This document shows, in pieces, positions 29,203 to 39,912 of a stretch of 64,000 nucleotides of DNA (position 1 is the first letter of the stretch; each line of letters begins with the position of its first letter). Under the pieces are notes generated by a model that worked only from the letters and a program-made list of their open reading frames with translations, had not been told where the DNA came from and ran no database searches. Source of the stretch: a virus; IMG/VR virus record IMGVR_UViG_3300037520_000900, positions 16,277 to 80,276 of that record; one strand, written 5' to 3'. The translations under genes and the position numbers were made by a program.

Positions 29203-31131
29203 TTATTCAAAATAAAACTCATCAACGTAACCTTCAGGTAAATATCCATTTGTCACAAGACAATCAGGACACCAAAAATCAAATAGATTAAATTTGTTTT
29301 TTAAAACCCTAAAGTTATGTTGTACTTGAGGAGAACCTAATGGTTCAACATACATTCTAAATTGTGATATTGCACCCATAAAAGTTCCACCAAAATTTTG
29401 TTCTAATAAAATATTTGTTGACAGTCCTGAAAGTGTTGTTGCAGATAAAATATTATTTGGAAACAATTCAGGGTCTTGCATATAAGGTCCGTTAGGTAAA
29501 GAACACCCTGAAAATATTAAATGATCGTGTAATCCTTGGGTTCCCCCACCAAACGATAAGTTAAAAGGTACTCCTACTTGTTTTTCTTTTTCTGTATTTA
29601 ATTCTCTCGGTATGATCTCTTCAAAGTCTTCTATAACTAAAAACAAATAACCATTAACATATAATTTTAATGTTCCTAACCTATAATCTAATTCATCAAA
29701 CCATTTTCTATCAAAACTAATTTTATGTATTTTTCTTTCTGGCGTAGACCCTGGATGTGTTTCAGGAGGAGATATTAAATTTATTGATCTACCATCTATT
29801 GATGATTGTGTTGTAATAACTCTTAAATCATTTAACCCACCAAGATTTAATAAATCACAGTCCTCAATTGTTTTATACCTTTCAAATACTGCACTTATCA
29901 TTACCCACCTTTCCTCTTCTGTATCACCACACTCTAAATTACAAATATCATAAATTGGTGGTGTACAGTATTCATTAATTGTATAACCTGTTTGAAATGT
30001 CACTCCCGTTGTTTCACAATATCCGGTAGTAACACAATCACCCGTTATTTTAATGTATCTGACACATAAACTTGGATTTAAAGGACAACCACTAAATTTT
30101 AAAGACATTGCATTTGATAAAACATCAAATTTTGGATCTGTTTCAGGTAACGGAACATTTACTGTACTAACACATCCACAATCACAAGAAGTATCATGTA
30201 TTGTTGTAAAACCACCACTTGGGTAAACTTTTATACAATCTGAATTTGTAACTGCGGTATTTGAACACCCACACGTTTCTATACAAGTAAGTTCGTTTGT
30301 GTTTCTTGTGTAACCAGTATCACTTAAAGGTGAACCACTTGCGTTATGGTAGAATTTATTTTCAGCTCTTGTACCAAAATAAAAGAATGTACCAGCATTA
30401 GATGGGTATTTGTCATTTAGATATTCTTGTGTTGAAGTATTAATAAAAAATTCATCAGTTATCCTTGGTTTTAAAACCATTTCGGCAGTCCACCCTTTAT
30501 TTACCCTTTCAGGAAAAACTTCGTAATCATATCCTTTTAATTTATAAAACCCTTGATAAAACCCACCATAAAGTTCTTGATAATAACCAATAGTTGATGC
30601 ACTTTTAGAAACAATATTATAAACCGTTTCTTTTGGTCTTCCTGAAAATCTTACGTTTGGCGGATTAACCAAACTTCTAACTGGATGCATTTTAAATCTA
30701 CCATCCCTATAGTGTGGATCAAACTTGTAATCATTGTGAACACCCTTTATGTAATATAAAGTTTGTCCGCTAAGTTCAGTAAATAATCCATTATCTGTAC
30801 CAACTAAACCTACGTCACAAATTCCTGTGTATGCTGTATAACAACTAAAATCTAAATTTTTTGGGTTATAATAGTTAGAAGAAACTAAAGTATTAGATGG
30901 TATGTAATTTCCAAATGTGATATTTGATTGTAATGTATTTCCTGAATTATCTAACTGTATTGATATTGGAAGTCTGTTTCCGTCATTTAACGCAATAACA
31001 TCGTTAGAAAAAACAACTTCTTCATCATAACTTCTTTCGTCAGATGCAAGTGTTAGATCAAAATACCGACCATAACTTAATTTAGTAGAATATTTTGGAA
31101 AATAATAAGAATTAATATTTTGACTTGGCAT
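29203..31131 (-). CDS. Cys-rich virion protein with LamG / concanavalin-like elements
   Basis: LKLYVNG…FMGAISQFRMY…L…QVQHNF; TATTTAT promoter. Confidence 0.55.
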   Translation of the reverse strand: MPSQNINSYYFPKYSTKLSYGRYFDLTLASDERSYDEEVVFSNDVIALNDGNRLPISIQLDNSGNTLQSNITFGNYIPSNTLVSSNYYNPKNLDFSCYTAYTGICDVGLVGTDNGLFTELSGQTLYYIKGVHNDYKFDPHYRDGRFKMHPVRSLVNPPNVRFSGRPKETVYNIVSKSASTIGYYQELYGGFYQGFYKLKGYDYEVFPERVNKGWTAEMVLKPRITDEFFINTSTQEYLNDKYPSNAGTFFYFGTRAENKFYHNASGSPLSDTGYTRNTNELTCIETCGCSNTAVTNSDCIKVYPSGGFTTIHDTSCDCGCVSTVNVPLPETDPKFDVLSNAMSLKFSGCPLNPSLCVRYIKITGDCVTTGYCETTGVTFQTGYTINEYCTPPIYDICNLECGDTEEERWVMISAVFERYKTIEDCDLLNLGGLNDLRVITTQSSIDGRSINLISPPETHPGSTPERKIHKISFDRKWFDELDYRLGTLKLYVNGYLFLVIEDFEEIIPRELNTEKEKQVGVPFNLSFGGGTQGLHDHLIFSGCSLPNGPYMQDPELFPNNILSATTLSGLSTNILLEQNFGGTFMGAISQFRMYVEPLGSPQVQHNFRVLKNKFNLFDFWCPDCLVTNGYLPEGYVDEFYFE

Positions 31132-31142
31132 TCTTTTTTATG

Positions 31143-31169
31143 ATAAATAGTTTAATCGCGGTATTTATA
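31143..31169. promoter_or_regulatory. Back-to-back TATTTAT late-promoter motifs
   Basis: ATAAATA at 31143-31149 (minus) and TATTTATA at 31162-31169 (plus) in a 51-bp divergent gap. Confidence 0.7.
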
Positions 31170-31182
31170 GGTAAAACCCTAT

Positions 31183-31950
31183 ATGAAAACATATAAATAT
31201 TCAACTAAAGAAAGGGCGGAAAGAGTTGCAAAATCTTTAGGGTGTAGTGGATCACATTACCATAACGAAGATGGTGATAGAAAATACATGCCATGTAAAG
31301 ATATGAAAACCTTTAAAGGAAAAACAAAAAAAGAAACAAAAGGAAAAGAAGAAGAGGTGACAGAATTAATTGATTTTGACGGTACTTGGTTATCTGACGC
31401 AACACCAATAATGGATCCCGCTAGTTCGGGAATGAAAAATAATCCATCAATTTCTGATAAAATAGTACACCAAGCAAGAATGCCAAGAGACCCACTTTTA
31501 AGAGGTTGGTATGGGTATTACGGTGAAAGTGAAATCAAAGAAGAAAACATGGAAGATGCCTTTGGTTTTGAAGACACTATGTTTATGGACTATAAGGACA
31601 CTGTTAAACACTATGAAAAAGAATTAGGTTTAGATAAAGAAGACGCAATTGAAAGGGCGGTTCAACAAGGTAAAAAACCTAACTTACATAAAAAAACACC
31701 TAAAAAAATTAGTAATAAAAAAAATTATATAGATAGATTAATATTGAAAGAAAAAGATATTGACGAAAGTGAAAACTTGGGTGAAGATATATTATTAGAT
31801 AAAGGGGATGAAGTTTCTGGAGAATTAAATGATGGATCACAAAATATTAACCCAATATTGTTGAGAAACATAAACTCATTGAAAAAAATGGCTAAAAGTC
31901 AGGGTATTTCAACCAAAGAATTAATTAACCTTTTTAGAAATGAATTCTAA
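31183..31950 (+). CDS. Putative head-associated protein with N-terminal GC-x-G-x-H-x-H…YMPC metal-binding motif
   Basis: LGCSGSHYHNEDGDRKYMPCKD; late promoter. Confidence 0.5.
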   Translation: MKTYKYSTKERAERVAKSLGCSGSHYHNEDGDRKYMPCKDMKTFKGKTKKETKGKEEEVTELIDFDGTWLSDATPIMDPASSGMKNNPSISDKIVHQARMPRDPLLRGWYGYYGESEIKEENMEDAFGFEDTMFMDYKDTVKHYEKELGLDKEDAIERAVQQGKKPNLHKKTPKKISNKKNYIDRLILKEKDIDESENLGEDILLDKGDEVSGELNDGSQNINPILLRNINSLKKMAKSQGISTKELINLFRNEF

Positions 31951-32389
31951 ACTTTATGGTAATATTATTATGATTCCTTCATCTCTTTTAAAACATTTAG
32001 AGGAGTGTTTTGGTTCAATACAAGGTGACACAAATACTGAAGGTTGGAAAAGAAATCAAGAGTTAAGACAATCAAAACAAGTGACCTACCAACAAGTTAA
32101 AAGAATAAAAAATTGGTTTGATGGGTATAACGGTAATAAAGAAGATGCACCATTTATATTGAATGGTGGGGATAGAATGAATACTTGGTGTGATGAAGTT
32201 TTAAGGGTAATGCGAGATGGTGTTAAATCATCTAAAGAAGTTAAATCTAACACCGGTATGCAAAACCAGTATTTATCTTCACATGAAAAAAATTCATTTA
32301 ACTTAAACGATAAACACACAACAACAACAGACTCTTTGAAAGAAGAGATAAATAGAATAAAAATTTTAATTAATGGCAACACAATCTGA
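31940..32389 (+). CDS. Hypothetical protein, putative internal head protein
   Basis: VKRIKNWFD…NGGD…W; C-terminal LKEEINRIKILI tag. Confidence 0.5.
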   Translation: MNSKLYGNIIMIPSSLLKHLEECFGSIQGDTNTEGWKRNQELRQSKQVTYQQVKRIKNWFDGYNGNKEDAPFILNGGDRMNTWCDEVLRVMRDGVKSSKEVKSNTGMQNQYLSSHEKNSFNLNDKHTTTTDSLKEEINRIKILINGNTI

Positions 32390-32666
32390 CAAATTAGATT
32401 TTTCGCAACCAAATAACACGTTATCTCAAATCGCAGATGAACAAAGAAGAAAGTTATTTGCTCGTAATGATTTTAAAGAAACGGATCAATATTCTACCGT
32501 TCATCCTGACGCAATTGCTAATGGGGATAAAATTGGTAGAGGTACCGGTGGCGATTTAGACGTTTATAATAATAATGCAGGAACATCTACAGATATTTTT
32601 GAAAGGAAGGACGACCTTAAAATAAATAAGTTTTCACCTAATAATCCTTACTATAACGTAAAATGA
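32373..32666 (+). CDS. Hypothetical protein, likely structural
   Basis: Overlapping operon ORF. Confidence 0.55.
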   Translation: MATQSDKLDFSQPNNTLSQIADEQRRKLFARNDFKETDQYSTVHPDAIANGDKIGRGTGGDLDVYNNNAGTSTDIFERKDDLKINKFSPNNPYYNVK

Positions 32667-33064
32667 GATTATTAAATTCTCTTAGTGGATTGATAACTGA
32701 AATTGCTGCTCTTGATCAAGTGCAAGATAGTATACGTGATAAAAAAGTTATCGTAATTTATTATGATGGTAATGATAATGGAGGAAAGGGATATAGAACT
32801 ATTGAGCCCGTATGTTTAGGTTATAGTAAAAAAGGTAATTTAGTTTTAAGAGCATGGGAACAAGAGGGTAAATCTCACTCAAGAGACACTAAAGGAAACC
32901 CAATACCGGGTTGGAGGTTATTTAGATTAGATAAAATATTTACATATAAACCAACAATGGATAATTTTGTAGATATAAGACCAAATTATAACCCTAATGG
33001 TGATAGGTCTATGACAAGAGTCTTATTAAACGCCATATTTGGCAATGAAGAAAATTTAGCATAA
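32663..33064 (+). CDS. Stand-alone WYL-domain protein
   Basis: I-YY…RTIEPVCLG…LRAW…WRLFRLDKI. Confidence 0.8.
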   Translation: MRLLNSLSGLITEIAALDQVQDSIRDKKVIVIYYDGNDNGGKGYRTIEPVCLGYSKKGNLVLRAWEQEGKSHSRDTKGNPIPGWRLFRLDKIFTYKPTMDNFVDIRPNYNPNGDRSMTRVLLNAIFGNEENLA

Positions 33065-33066
33065 TT

Positions 33067-33687
33067 ATGAATAATGAAATGGATTTAATGCAAAGACTAG
33101 CGGTCTCTAAAAAAATTATGGAAAAACATAGTGAAATTAAAAGAGGAGACGCAAGACAAACAACACCTATGGTTGAGGAATACTCACCAGTAAACGCAAA
33201 TTACAATTTACCTTCTGAACTTTTAACAGAATCAGAAGAAACAACACAAAGACATGACCCATCAGTTCCTTTAGATCAAAATAGAATATTAAATTCTAAA
33301 TTACCTGATGAAATCAAAAGGTTAATGATTGAACAACCAATAGTTCAACCAAGTTCTATGGGTGGAGGTGCGGTCTTATCTAATGATGTTATTGAGGGAG
33401 CGGCAAGATTGATGAAAAAAGATAAAATATCTGAAACACCCCAAACACAAATACCAAAACAAAAAATAACAGAAACACAATCATCATCTAACATTAATGT
33501 TAATGAAATTAAAAACATGATTAGAGATGTTGTAAGAGATACCGTAAGAGATGTTGTAAGAGAAGAATTAAAACAGGCTGGTATGGTTGTTGAATCAACA
33601 ACAAAGACTAACGAATCTTTACAATTTAAAGTTGGTAATACTTTATTTATTGGTAACGTAACAAAAGTCAAAAAGTTAGAAAAATAA
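33067..33687 (+). CDS. Hypothetical protein
   Basis: ORF with IRDVVRDTVRDVVREEL amphipathic repeat. Confidence 0.55.
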   Translation: MNNEMDLMQRLAVSKKIMEKHSEIKRGDARQTTPMVEEYSPVNANYNLPSELLTESEETTQRHDPSVPLDQNRILNSKLPDEIKRLMIEQPIVQPSSMGGGAVLSNDVIEGAARLMKKDKISETPQTQIPKQKITETQSSSNINVNEIKNMIRDVVRDTVRDVVREELKQAGMVVESTTKTNESLQFKVGNTLFIGNVTKVKKLEK

Positions 33688-33707
33688 AAGTTTATTATTA
33701 GTTATTG

Positions 33708-33734
33708 AATCCACCTTATTAGGGTGGATTTTTT
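33708..33734 (+). terminator. Intrinsic terminator
   Basis: AATCCACCT-N-GGGTGGATT-TTTT. Confidence 0.8.
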
Positions 33735-33773
33735 GTTTTATAATTATTATATTTTACTTAAATAGATTTTTAT

Positions 33774-34985
33774 ATGAGTAAAATTAAAGTATTAGTACTA
33801 CCATCAGATAGAACGGGAGTTGGGAAATTTCGTTCTGTAGACCCACACGTTATGTTACAAAATAATCACGGAGACGATTTTCATGTTGATATTGATTATG
33901 ATCCTAAAATTAATGATGTAAATTATTGGAAGCAATATGATATTGTTCATTTTCATAGAAGTATAGGTCAGGATTATAACATAGCCCCAACAATAATTCA
34001 AAACTTAAATAATTTAGGTATTGTAACCATTATGGATTTAGATGATTATTGGTTACCAACGAAAGAACACCCTGTACACCAGTTGGTATTGCAAAATAAA
34101 TTACATGAGAAAATCTTGGCAAATATGAAGGTTGCAGGGCATGTTATTACCACAACCTCCATTTTTGCAACAGAAATATCAAAATACAATAAAAATGTAT
34201 ATGTGTTACCAAACGCGATTAACCCAAATGAACCTCAGTTTCAAGCAGAAACAAAAAGTTCAGAAAAACTTAGGTTTGGTTGGTTAGGGGGGTCTTCTCA
34301 TTTACACGACCTTAAACTTTTAGACGGAACACTAAGTACGTTAACACAATTCAAAGATAATTTTAGTATGTATCTTTGTGGATTTGATACAAGGGGAACT
34401 GTAACAGAAATCAATCAACAAACGGGAGAACAAAAACAACGACCAATTAACCCTGAAGAAACTGTATGGGCTCGCTATGAAGAAATATTTACTGACAAAT
34501 ATAAATTAGTTGATGATAAACACAAAGAGTTTTTAATGAAATTTAAAGAAGAAGATTACGTTTCAGATACAGAAACTTTCTATAATAGAATTTGGACAAA
34601 ACCTGTTACAAGTTATGCGGCTAATTACAGATGGTTTGATGTATCATTGGCACCAATTAAAAATCATATCTTTAATAGAGTTAAATCACAACTTAAAGTT
34701 ATTGAGGCCGGATTCTATAAGAAGGCAATAATAGCATCAAACGTTGGTCCATATACTATAGACTTGAAACACTCATTACAAAATGGTAACTTTGTTGATG
34801 GAAACGCACTTTTAGTGGATGAGGTTAGAAATGGTGATTGGTCTAAGTACATGAAGAAATTAATTCAAAACCCTAATTGGGCGTACGATTTAGGTCAAAG
34901 ATTATATGAAACAGTGAAAGACACATATGATTTAAATAAAGTAACAAAAGATAGAGCAGAATTATATAAAACACTTAAAAAATAA
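33774..34985 (+). CDS. GT-B (GT4-like) glycosyltransferase
   Basis: MDLDDYW, VLPNAI, GWLGGSSHLHDL, FNRVKSQLKVIEAG…IIASNVGPY. Confidence 0.85.
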   Translation: MSKIKVLVLPSDRTGVGKFRSVDPHVMLQNNHGDDFHVDIDYDPKINDVNYWKQYDIVHFHRSIGQDYNIAPTIIQNLNNLGIVTIMDLDDYWLPTKEHPVHQLVLQNKLHEKILANMKVAGHVITTTSIFATEISKYNKNVYVLPNAINPNEPQFQAETKSSEKLRFGWLGGSSHLHDLKLLDGTLSTLTQFKDNFSMYLCGFDTRGTVTEINQQTGEQKQRPINPEETVWARYEEIFTDKYKLVDDKHKEFLMKFKEEDYVSDTETFYNRIWTKPVTSYAANYRWFDVSLAPIKNHIFNRVKSQLKVIEAGFYKKAIIASNVGPYTIDLKHSLQNGNFVDGNALLVDEVRNGDWSKYMKKLIQNPNWAYDLGQRLYETVKDTYDLNKVTKDRAELYKTLKK

Positions 34986-34990
34986 AAATC

Positions 34991-35560
34991 ATGATAAACG
35001 AAACAGGTTATTGGAACAAAGAAGTGGCACCAAGTTGGCACGCACATAGTAAAGAATTAAATGACTGGTTAATTGATTATTTAAAAGATAACAAAGATGA
35101 AACGATTATAGATTTTGGTTGTGGTATGGCAACTTACTTAGAAAACTTTTACAAAAATGGTTTTAAAAAATTAATCGGTTTAGAAGGAGATCCCGTTAAA
35201 ACTGATTTTGAATTTGAAGTCTTAACTCAAAATTTAGCTCAAGAATTTAATTTAAATAAAAAAGGTATTGTTATTAGTTTAGAGGTTGGGGAGCACATTC
35301 CACAACAATATCAAGACACTTTTTTAAATAATTTAGATAGACATTGTAAAGACTTACTAATCGTATCATGGGCAATTAGAGGCCAAGGGGGTGTTGGTCA
35401 TTTTAATGAATTAAATAATGATGAAATAATACCTGAAATAGAAAAAAGAGGATTTAAATTAATGGATGAAGATACTAAATCAATAAGAGAGTGTATTAAA
35501 ACAGACTGTTTTTATTTCCAAAATACTTTAATGGTTTTTAAAAGACAAAAAAATGATTAA
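34991..35560 (+). CDS. Class I SAM-dependent methyltransferase
   Basis: IIDFGCG…SLEVGEHIP…WA-RGQGG-GHFN. Confidence 0.85.
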   Translation: MINETGYWNKEVAPSWHAHSKELNDWLIDYLKDNKDETIIDFGCGMATYLENFYKNGFKKLIGLEGDPVKTDFEFEVLTQNLAQEFNLNKKGIVISLEVGEHIPQQYQDTFLNNLDRHCKDLLIVSWAIRGQGGVGHFNELNNDEIIPEIEKRGFKLMDEDTKSIRECIKTDCFYFQNTLMVFKRQKND

Positions 35561-36281
35561 TATACCCATAACAAAAATATTATTCTTGGACATTGAAACC
35601 GTTGGTCTTTGTAAGGATTGGTCAACATGTCAAGAAAGCAACCCAAAAGTTGCGGAACAATTTGTAAAATATTTTGATTGGTTTTTAAAAAGATTTCCTG
35701 AAGATAATTACGAAACAGACGGTCTTGAACAAGAACTTCAAAAGATGAATGATGTCTATTCTAAACGTTCTGCACTTGTTCCTGAGTTTGCAAAAATAGT
35801 TTGTGTGTCTATGGCCTTTGTTATGGAAAATGGTGATGTTAAAAGACAAACATTTTCAGGTGACGATGAAAAAGAACTATTACTTCAAGTAAGGAATTTA
35901 TTAGATAGGTGTCAAAAGTTAGATTTTTATCTCTGTGGTCATAACCTTAAAAACTTCGATATACCTATGATGGCAAAACGTATGATAATTAATGGTATAA
36001 TGCCATCAAAATTATTACCTTCATACGATACAAAACCTTGGGAAGTAAAAGCAATTGACACAAAAGAAATTTGGCAATATGGTGCATATTCATCAATAGG
36101 TTCATTAGATTTAGTTTGTGCAACATTAGATATACCAACACCAAAAGATGGTGAAATAAATGGTGGTATGGTACACGAAGCATATTGGAGTGGTGATCGA
36201 TTATCTGAAATTGCGGATTACTGCGAAAAAGACGTGGAAGTATTAATACACTTTATAAAAAAATTAAAAGAATTAAAATGA
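35553..36281 (+). CDS. 3'-5' exonuclease (PolB-exo-like, DEDDy)
   Basis: FLDIETV, GHNLKNFDIP, YCEKDV. Confidence 0.85.
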   Translation: MINIPITKILFLDIETVGLCKDWSTCQESNPKVAEQFVKYFDWFLKRFPEDNYETDGLEQELQKMNDVYSKRSALVPEFAKIVCVSMAFVMENGDVKRQTFSGDDEKELLLQVRNLLDRCQKLDFYLCGHNLKNFDIPMMAKRMIINGIMPSKLLPSYDTKPWEVKAIDTKEIWQYGAYSSIGSLDLVCATLDIPTPKDGEINGGMVHEAYWSGDRLSEIADYCEKDVEVLIHFIKKLKELK

Positions 36282-36877
36282 TGGAAGATTTAGAAGGATT
36301 AAGAAAACAATTGAGCACATTAAAAAACATTCAATCAGACGGGTATAATTTAAATACTGAAAGTACTTCATCGTTGTTTGAAAGTTTGGGAATTAATTTT
36401 GATGAGCTTAGTGATCAATTTGATAGTCAGTTTGAACAAAAATTACAATTACAGTATACAAATGATTCGGAAAATAATGAACCCGAATACGCTTACGGGT
36501 CAGATTCCGGATTTGATTTAAGATCAACCGAAGAATTGTGGGTTCAAGCAAATGGTAGACTGTTAGTACCAACAGGATTAAGGTTTGATATACCCGATGG
36601 TTATGAAATTCAAGTAAGAAGTAAAAGTGGTTTAGCTCTTAAACAAGGACTTATGGTTTTAAACTCACCAGGAACTGTTGATAGTGGGTATCAAGGAGAA
36701 GTTAAAGTTATAATTTTTAATACTACTAATGAAAGAATTAAAATAGAAAAAGGCCAAAAAATTGCACAAGCGGTTCTTTGTCCTGTAGTAAATGGAAAAT
36801 GGGTTAATTTGGTTAAGGTAGAAGAAATCGGTGAAAAAGACCGAAACGATAAAGGATTTGGTTCAACTGGATTGTAA
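36278..36877 (+). CDS. dut: dUTPase with N-terminal extension
   Basis: SGFDL, RSKSGLA, GTVDSGYQGE, IAQAV, R-x-x-x-GFGSTG. Confidence 0.95.
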   Translation: MMEDLEGLRKQLSTLKNIQSDGYNLNTESTSSLFESLGINFDELSDQFDSQFEQKLQLQYTNDSENNEPEYAYGSDSGFDLRSTEELWVQANGRLLVPTGLRFDIPDGYEIQVRSKSGLALKQGLMVLNSPGTVDSGYQGEVKVIIFNTTNERIKIEKGQKIAQAVLCPVVNGKWVNLVKVEEIGEKDRNDKGFGSTGL

Positions 36878-36878
36878 T

Positions 36879-37754
36879 ATGGAAAAAATAGATGTTTGTA
36901 TCACGGTATTTGGTAAACCATACCAAACGATTGTAACATTAAAAAGTTTGTTAAAATATTCTGCATCTAAAATAGATAAAATTTATTTAATAGAAGAAAA
37001 AAATCAACCGATAGATTATGATTTTAATTTAATAAAAAATGAATTAGGTTATGAAAATTTTGAAAGATTTATCCCAAACTTTTATTTAGGTTTTGGGTTT
37101 TCAAATTTTGATGAAGCCAAAAAAAATGAAGAGTACAGAAAATCATTGAGGTACGAATACGGAATACAATCAACAGATAAAAAATACATTTTAATTATAC
37201 ATAATGACGTATTATTTAAAGGCGACATTGTTACTGAAATGTTAAAAGAAAGTAATGGGTATTTTGGTATTGGGGATATTGGTCAATGTTGGAACTGCCC
37301 GTTTAATACCGAATCTTTATGTAACGGATCCAGATTACAAGAAAATATTGACATGAATCATGATTATAATGAGGTTATTAAAATTGTCGAAAAACATAAT
37401 ACTACGAGAATTGCTAATCACGGTAAAAAATATATCGATAAAAATAACCCATTTCCTATGCCTGAGTGTAGAATAAATGAATGGTGCGCACTTGTGAATG
37501 TTGACATGTATAAAAAAGAAGTAATCCCAAACGGGGAAGCTTCACCTATTGGTGGTATTTTTAATATTGATATTGGTGATAAATGGTTTTATGATATGGT
37601 AAAAAAGGGACATAAGTTTAAACACTTTAACATATATGATTACTGCACCCATGGTTTTTTTTCAGAAGTAGGTAATGGACATACGTCTATGTTTAATAAA
37701 AAAATGTATGAAGATGATGAAATAAGGGCAAAAAATTTTTTAAAAACATTATAG
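36879..37754 (+). CDS. GT-A-like glycosyltransferase (start corrected to MEKIDV)
   Basis: KYILIIHNDVLF (DxD-like); glyco cluster context. Confidence 0.6.
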   Translation: MEKIDVCITVFGKPYQTIVTLKSLLKYSASKIDKIYLIEEKNQPIDYDFNLIKNELGYENFERFIPNFYLGFGFSNFDEAKKNEEYRKSLRYEYGIQSTDKKYILIIHNDVLFKGDIVTEMLKESNGYFGIGDIGQCWNCPFNTESLCNGSRLQENIDMNHDYNEVIKIVEKHNTTRIANHGKKYIDKNNPFPMPECRINEWCALVNVDMYKKEVIPNGEASPIGGIFNIDIGDKWFYDMVKKGHKFKHFNIYDYCTHGFFSEVGNGHTSMFNKKMYEDDEIRAKNFLKTL

Positions 37755-37755
37755 A

Positions 37756-39261
37756 ATGATAACAATAATATATTCAACACATAAAGATAAAGAATACAAT
37801 GATAAATTTAACGACCATCTTGTATTAACTTCTGGTCTCCAAGGGGTTCAAATTTTACCTTATGAAAACCACAACCAATACTCATTGGCTGAAGTTTACA
37901 ATCGTGGAATATCAGAATCAAAATATAATATTGTTGTTTGTTGTCATAACGATATTAAATTAGAAAAAAATTGGGGTAAAAAACTTTTAGAAGATTTTAA
38001 TAAAAACCATGAGTTTGGTATAATTGGCAAGGCCGGATCTTGTTATTTTCCTGAGTCTGGTGTTTATTGGGAAAGGTTACAACAAACAATGGTTGGCCAG
38101 GTTTATCATCACCCGAACAATCAAAAAAAGTTTCTAAGTAAATACTCACCTAAATTACCATTCTTAATTCCTGTTGTTACAGTGGATGGTCTTTTTATTT
38201 CATTTGATAAGACAAAAATTAAACATAGATTTGATGAATCTTACGGTAAGTTTCACTTTTACGATCATGGGTTTGCGGTGCCAAATTACTTAGATGGAGT
38301 TAAATTAGGTGTGACTTCATCTTTTGAAATAACACATCAATCAATCGGGCAACCTAATCAAGAATTTTGGGAAAGCAAAGAAAAGTTTGTTGAAAAGTGG
38401 GGTAGTAAACTACCTTTAGACTTAAAACCTAATTTTGTTTATGCCCCTGAGATAAAGACAAAAAAATTTAAAAAATTAGGTAGGGTTGCAATAATAATAC
38501 CAACAAAAGGAAATGTTAAAATATTAATGGATTGTATTGACTCATTTTACGAACACTGTGATAATGAGGTGTTTGATATTTTTATAGCAGATACGGGATC
38601 AACAAATGAAGAAAAAGACGAAATAAAACTAAAAATAAAAGAAAGAAAAAACATTAATTTTATTGAGTATGATTATTATAATTTTGCTAAAATAAATAAC
38701 GATGTTGTAAAAAATTATTTAGACGATAAGTATGAATTTATACTTTTTTGTAATAATGACATTAAAATATTGAATGATGTTATTACAGGGTTCTTAGATG
38801 TTTTTGAAAAAAATAAAAAAACAGGGACAGTAGGGGGTAGATTACATTATGCAGACAACACCATACAACATGATGGTATTTTTATGGCAATAATAAAAAA
38901 ATCATTAGAAGTTGGTCACATTAATTTAAAAAATTATTATAACCATAACATTGGTGTTGTAAATGTTTTTGGAAACACGGGCGGTTTATTAATGATAAGA
39001 AAAAAATTATTTGAAAATGTTGGATTTTTTAATGAAAATTATATATCTTGTTTTGAGGATGTGGAACTAAATTTAGAATGTAATTATTTAGGGTTTGAAA
39101 ATTATGAAAATTCTAATTGTGTTGCATACCATTATGAATCATTGTCTAGAGATTTGGACACTGATAAATTAAAAAAATTACAATTTGATTATATAAACTC
39201 ATTAGTACCTACAGTACAAAAAAGATGGGAAAAAATAAAAAATAAAATATTAATAATGTAA
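37756..39261 (+). CDS. Bifunctional (two-domain) GT2 glycosyltransferase
   Basis: Domain 1: YNRG…CHND…VDGLF…FHFYD; domain 2: IIIPT…DTGST…NFAKINN…NND…FEDVE…HYES. Confidence 0.85.
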   Translation: MITIIYSTHKDKEYNDKFNDHLVLTSGLQGVQILPYENHNQYSLAEVYNRGISESKYNIVVCCHNDIKLEKNWGKKLLEDFNKNHEFGIIGKAGSCYFPESGVYWERLQQTMVGQVYHHPNNQKKFLSKYSPKLPFLIPVVTVDGLFISFDKTKIKHRFDESYGKFHFYDHGFAVPNYLDGVKLGVTSSFEITHQSIGQPNQEFWESKEKFVEKWGSKLPLDLKPNFVYAPEIKTKKFKKLGRVAIIIPTKGNVKILMDCIDSFYEHCDNEVFDIFIADTGSTNEEKDEIKLKIKERKNINFIEYDYYNFAKINNDVVKNYLDDKYEFILFCNNDIKILNDVITGFLDVFEKNKKTGTVGGRLHYADNTIQHDGIFMAIIKKSLEVGHINLKNYYNHNIGVVNVFGNTGGLLMIRKKLFENVGFFNENYISCFEDVELNLECNYLGFENYENSNCVAYHYESLSRDLDTDKLKKLQFDYINSLVPTVQKRWEKIKNKILIM

Positions 39262-39263
39262 AT

Positions 39264-39896
39264 ATGTTTAATGTTATTACTCCACTAGCAAGATTTAATA
39301 ATCTAAATGATTTAACCAAACATTTATCAAACAAAGGTATAAGATGGCATGTTATTACCGATAGCGACTCAAATCAAAATTTAGAAATAGAAAATGAATG
39401 GACTAAACATTATATTTGTCCTAATGAAGGACAAACTTTTTGGGAAAGATGTAATTTTTCAATTAATTGGTTTATTGAAAATCAAGAAATAAATGATGAT
39501 GAATATTATTGTATTTTAAATGACGACGATGGGTATGAAAATGACTTTTTTAATAAAATTAAAAAATATATCTATGAAAGTGAATCCCAAAAAAGACCCA
39601 ACGATCTTATTATATGTTCAATGTTAAGGGGACATAATACACCAATGGACGCAATACCTGTAAGGAGGCACCCCACAAATACTTTATTTGCTAGACCAGA
39701 TCTAATGACAGTTGGTAATGTTGGTGTTGAACAGTTTATTGTTAAAGGAAAAATACTAAAAAATCACAGGTTACCATTAACAACTTGTGGTGATGGTGAG
39801 CTTATAACATTATTAGTAAAACTATATGACACACTTTATTTACCTGAAGTTTATGTTTGGTTTAACTACTTTGAACCGGGTAGATGGAATAAATAA
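39264..39896 (+). CDS. GT-A-like glycosyltransferase
   Basis: VITPLAR…YYCILNDDD…GDG. Confidence 0.65.
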   Translation: MFNVITPLARFNNLNDLTKHLSNKGIRWHVITDSDSNQNLEIENEWTKHYICPNEGQTFWERCNFSINWFIENQEINDDEYYCILNDDDGYENDFFNKIKKYIYESESQKRPNDLIICSMLRGHNTPMDAIPVRRHPTNTLFARPDLMTVGNVGVEQFIVKGKILKNHRLPLTTCGDGELITLLVKLYDTLYLPEVYVWFNYFEPGRWNK

Positions 39897-39912
39897 AATT
39901 AATTAAATTTAT

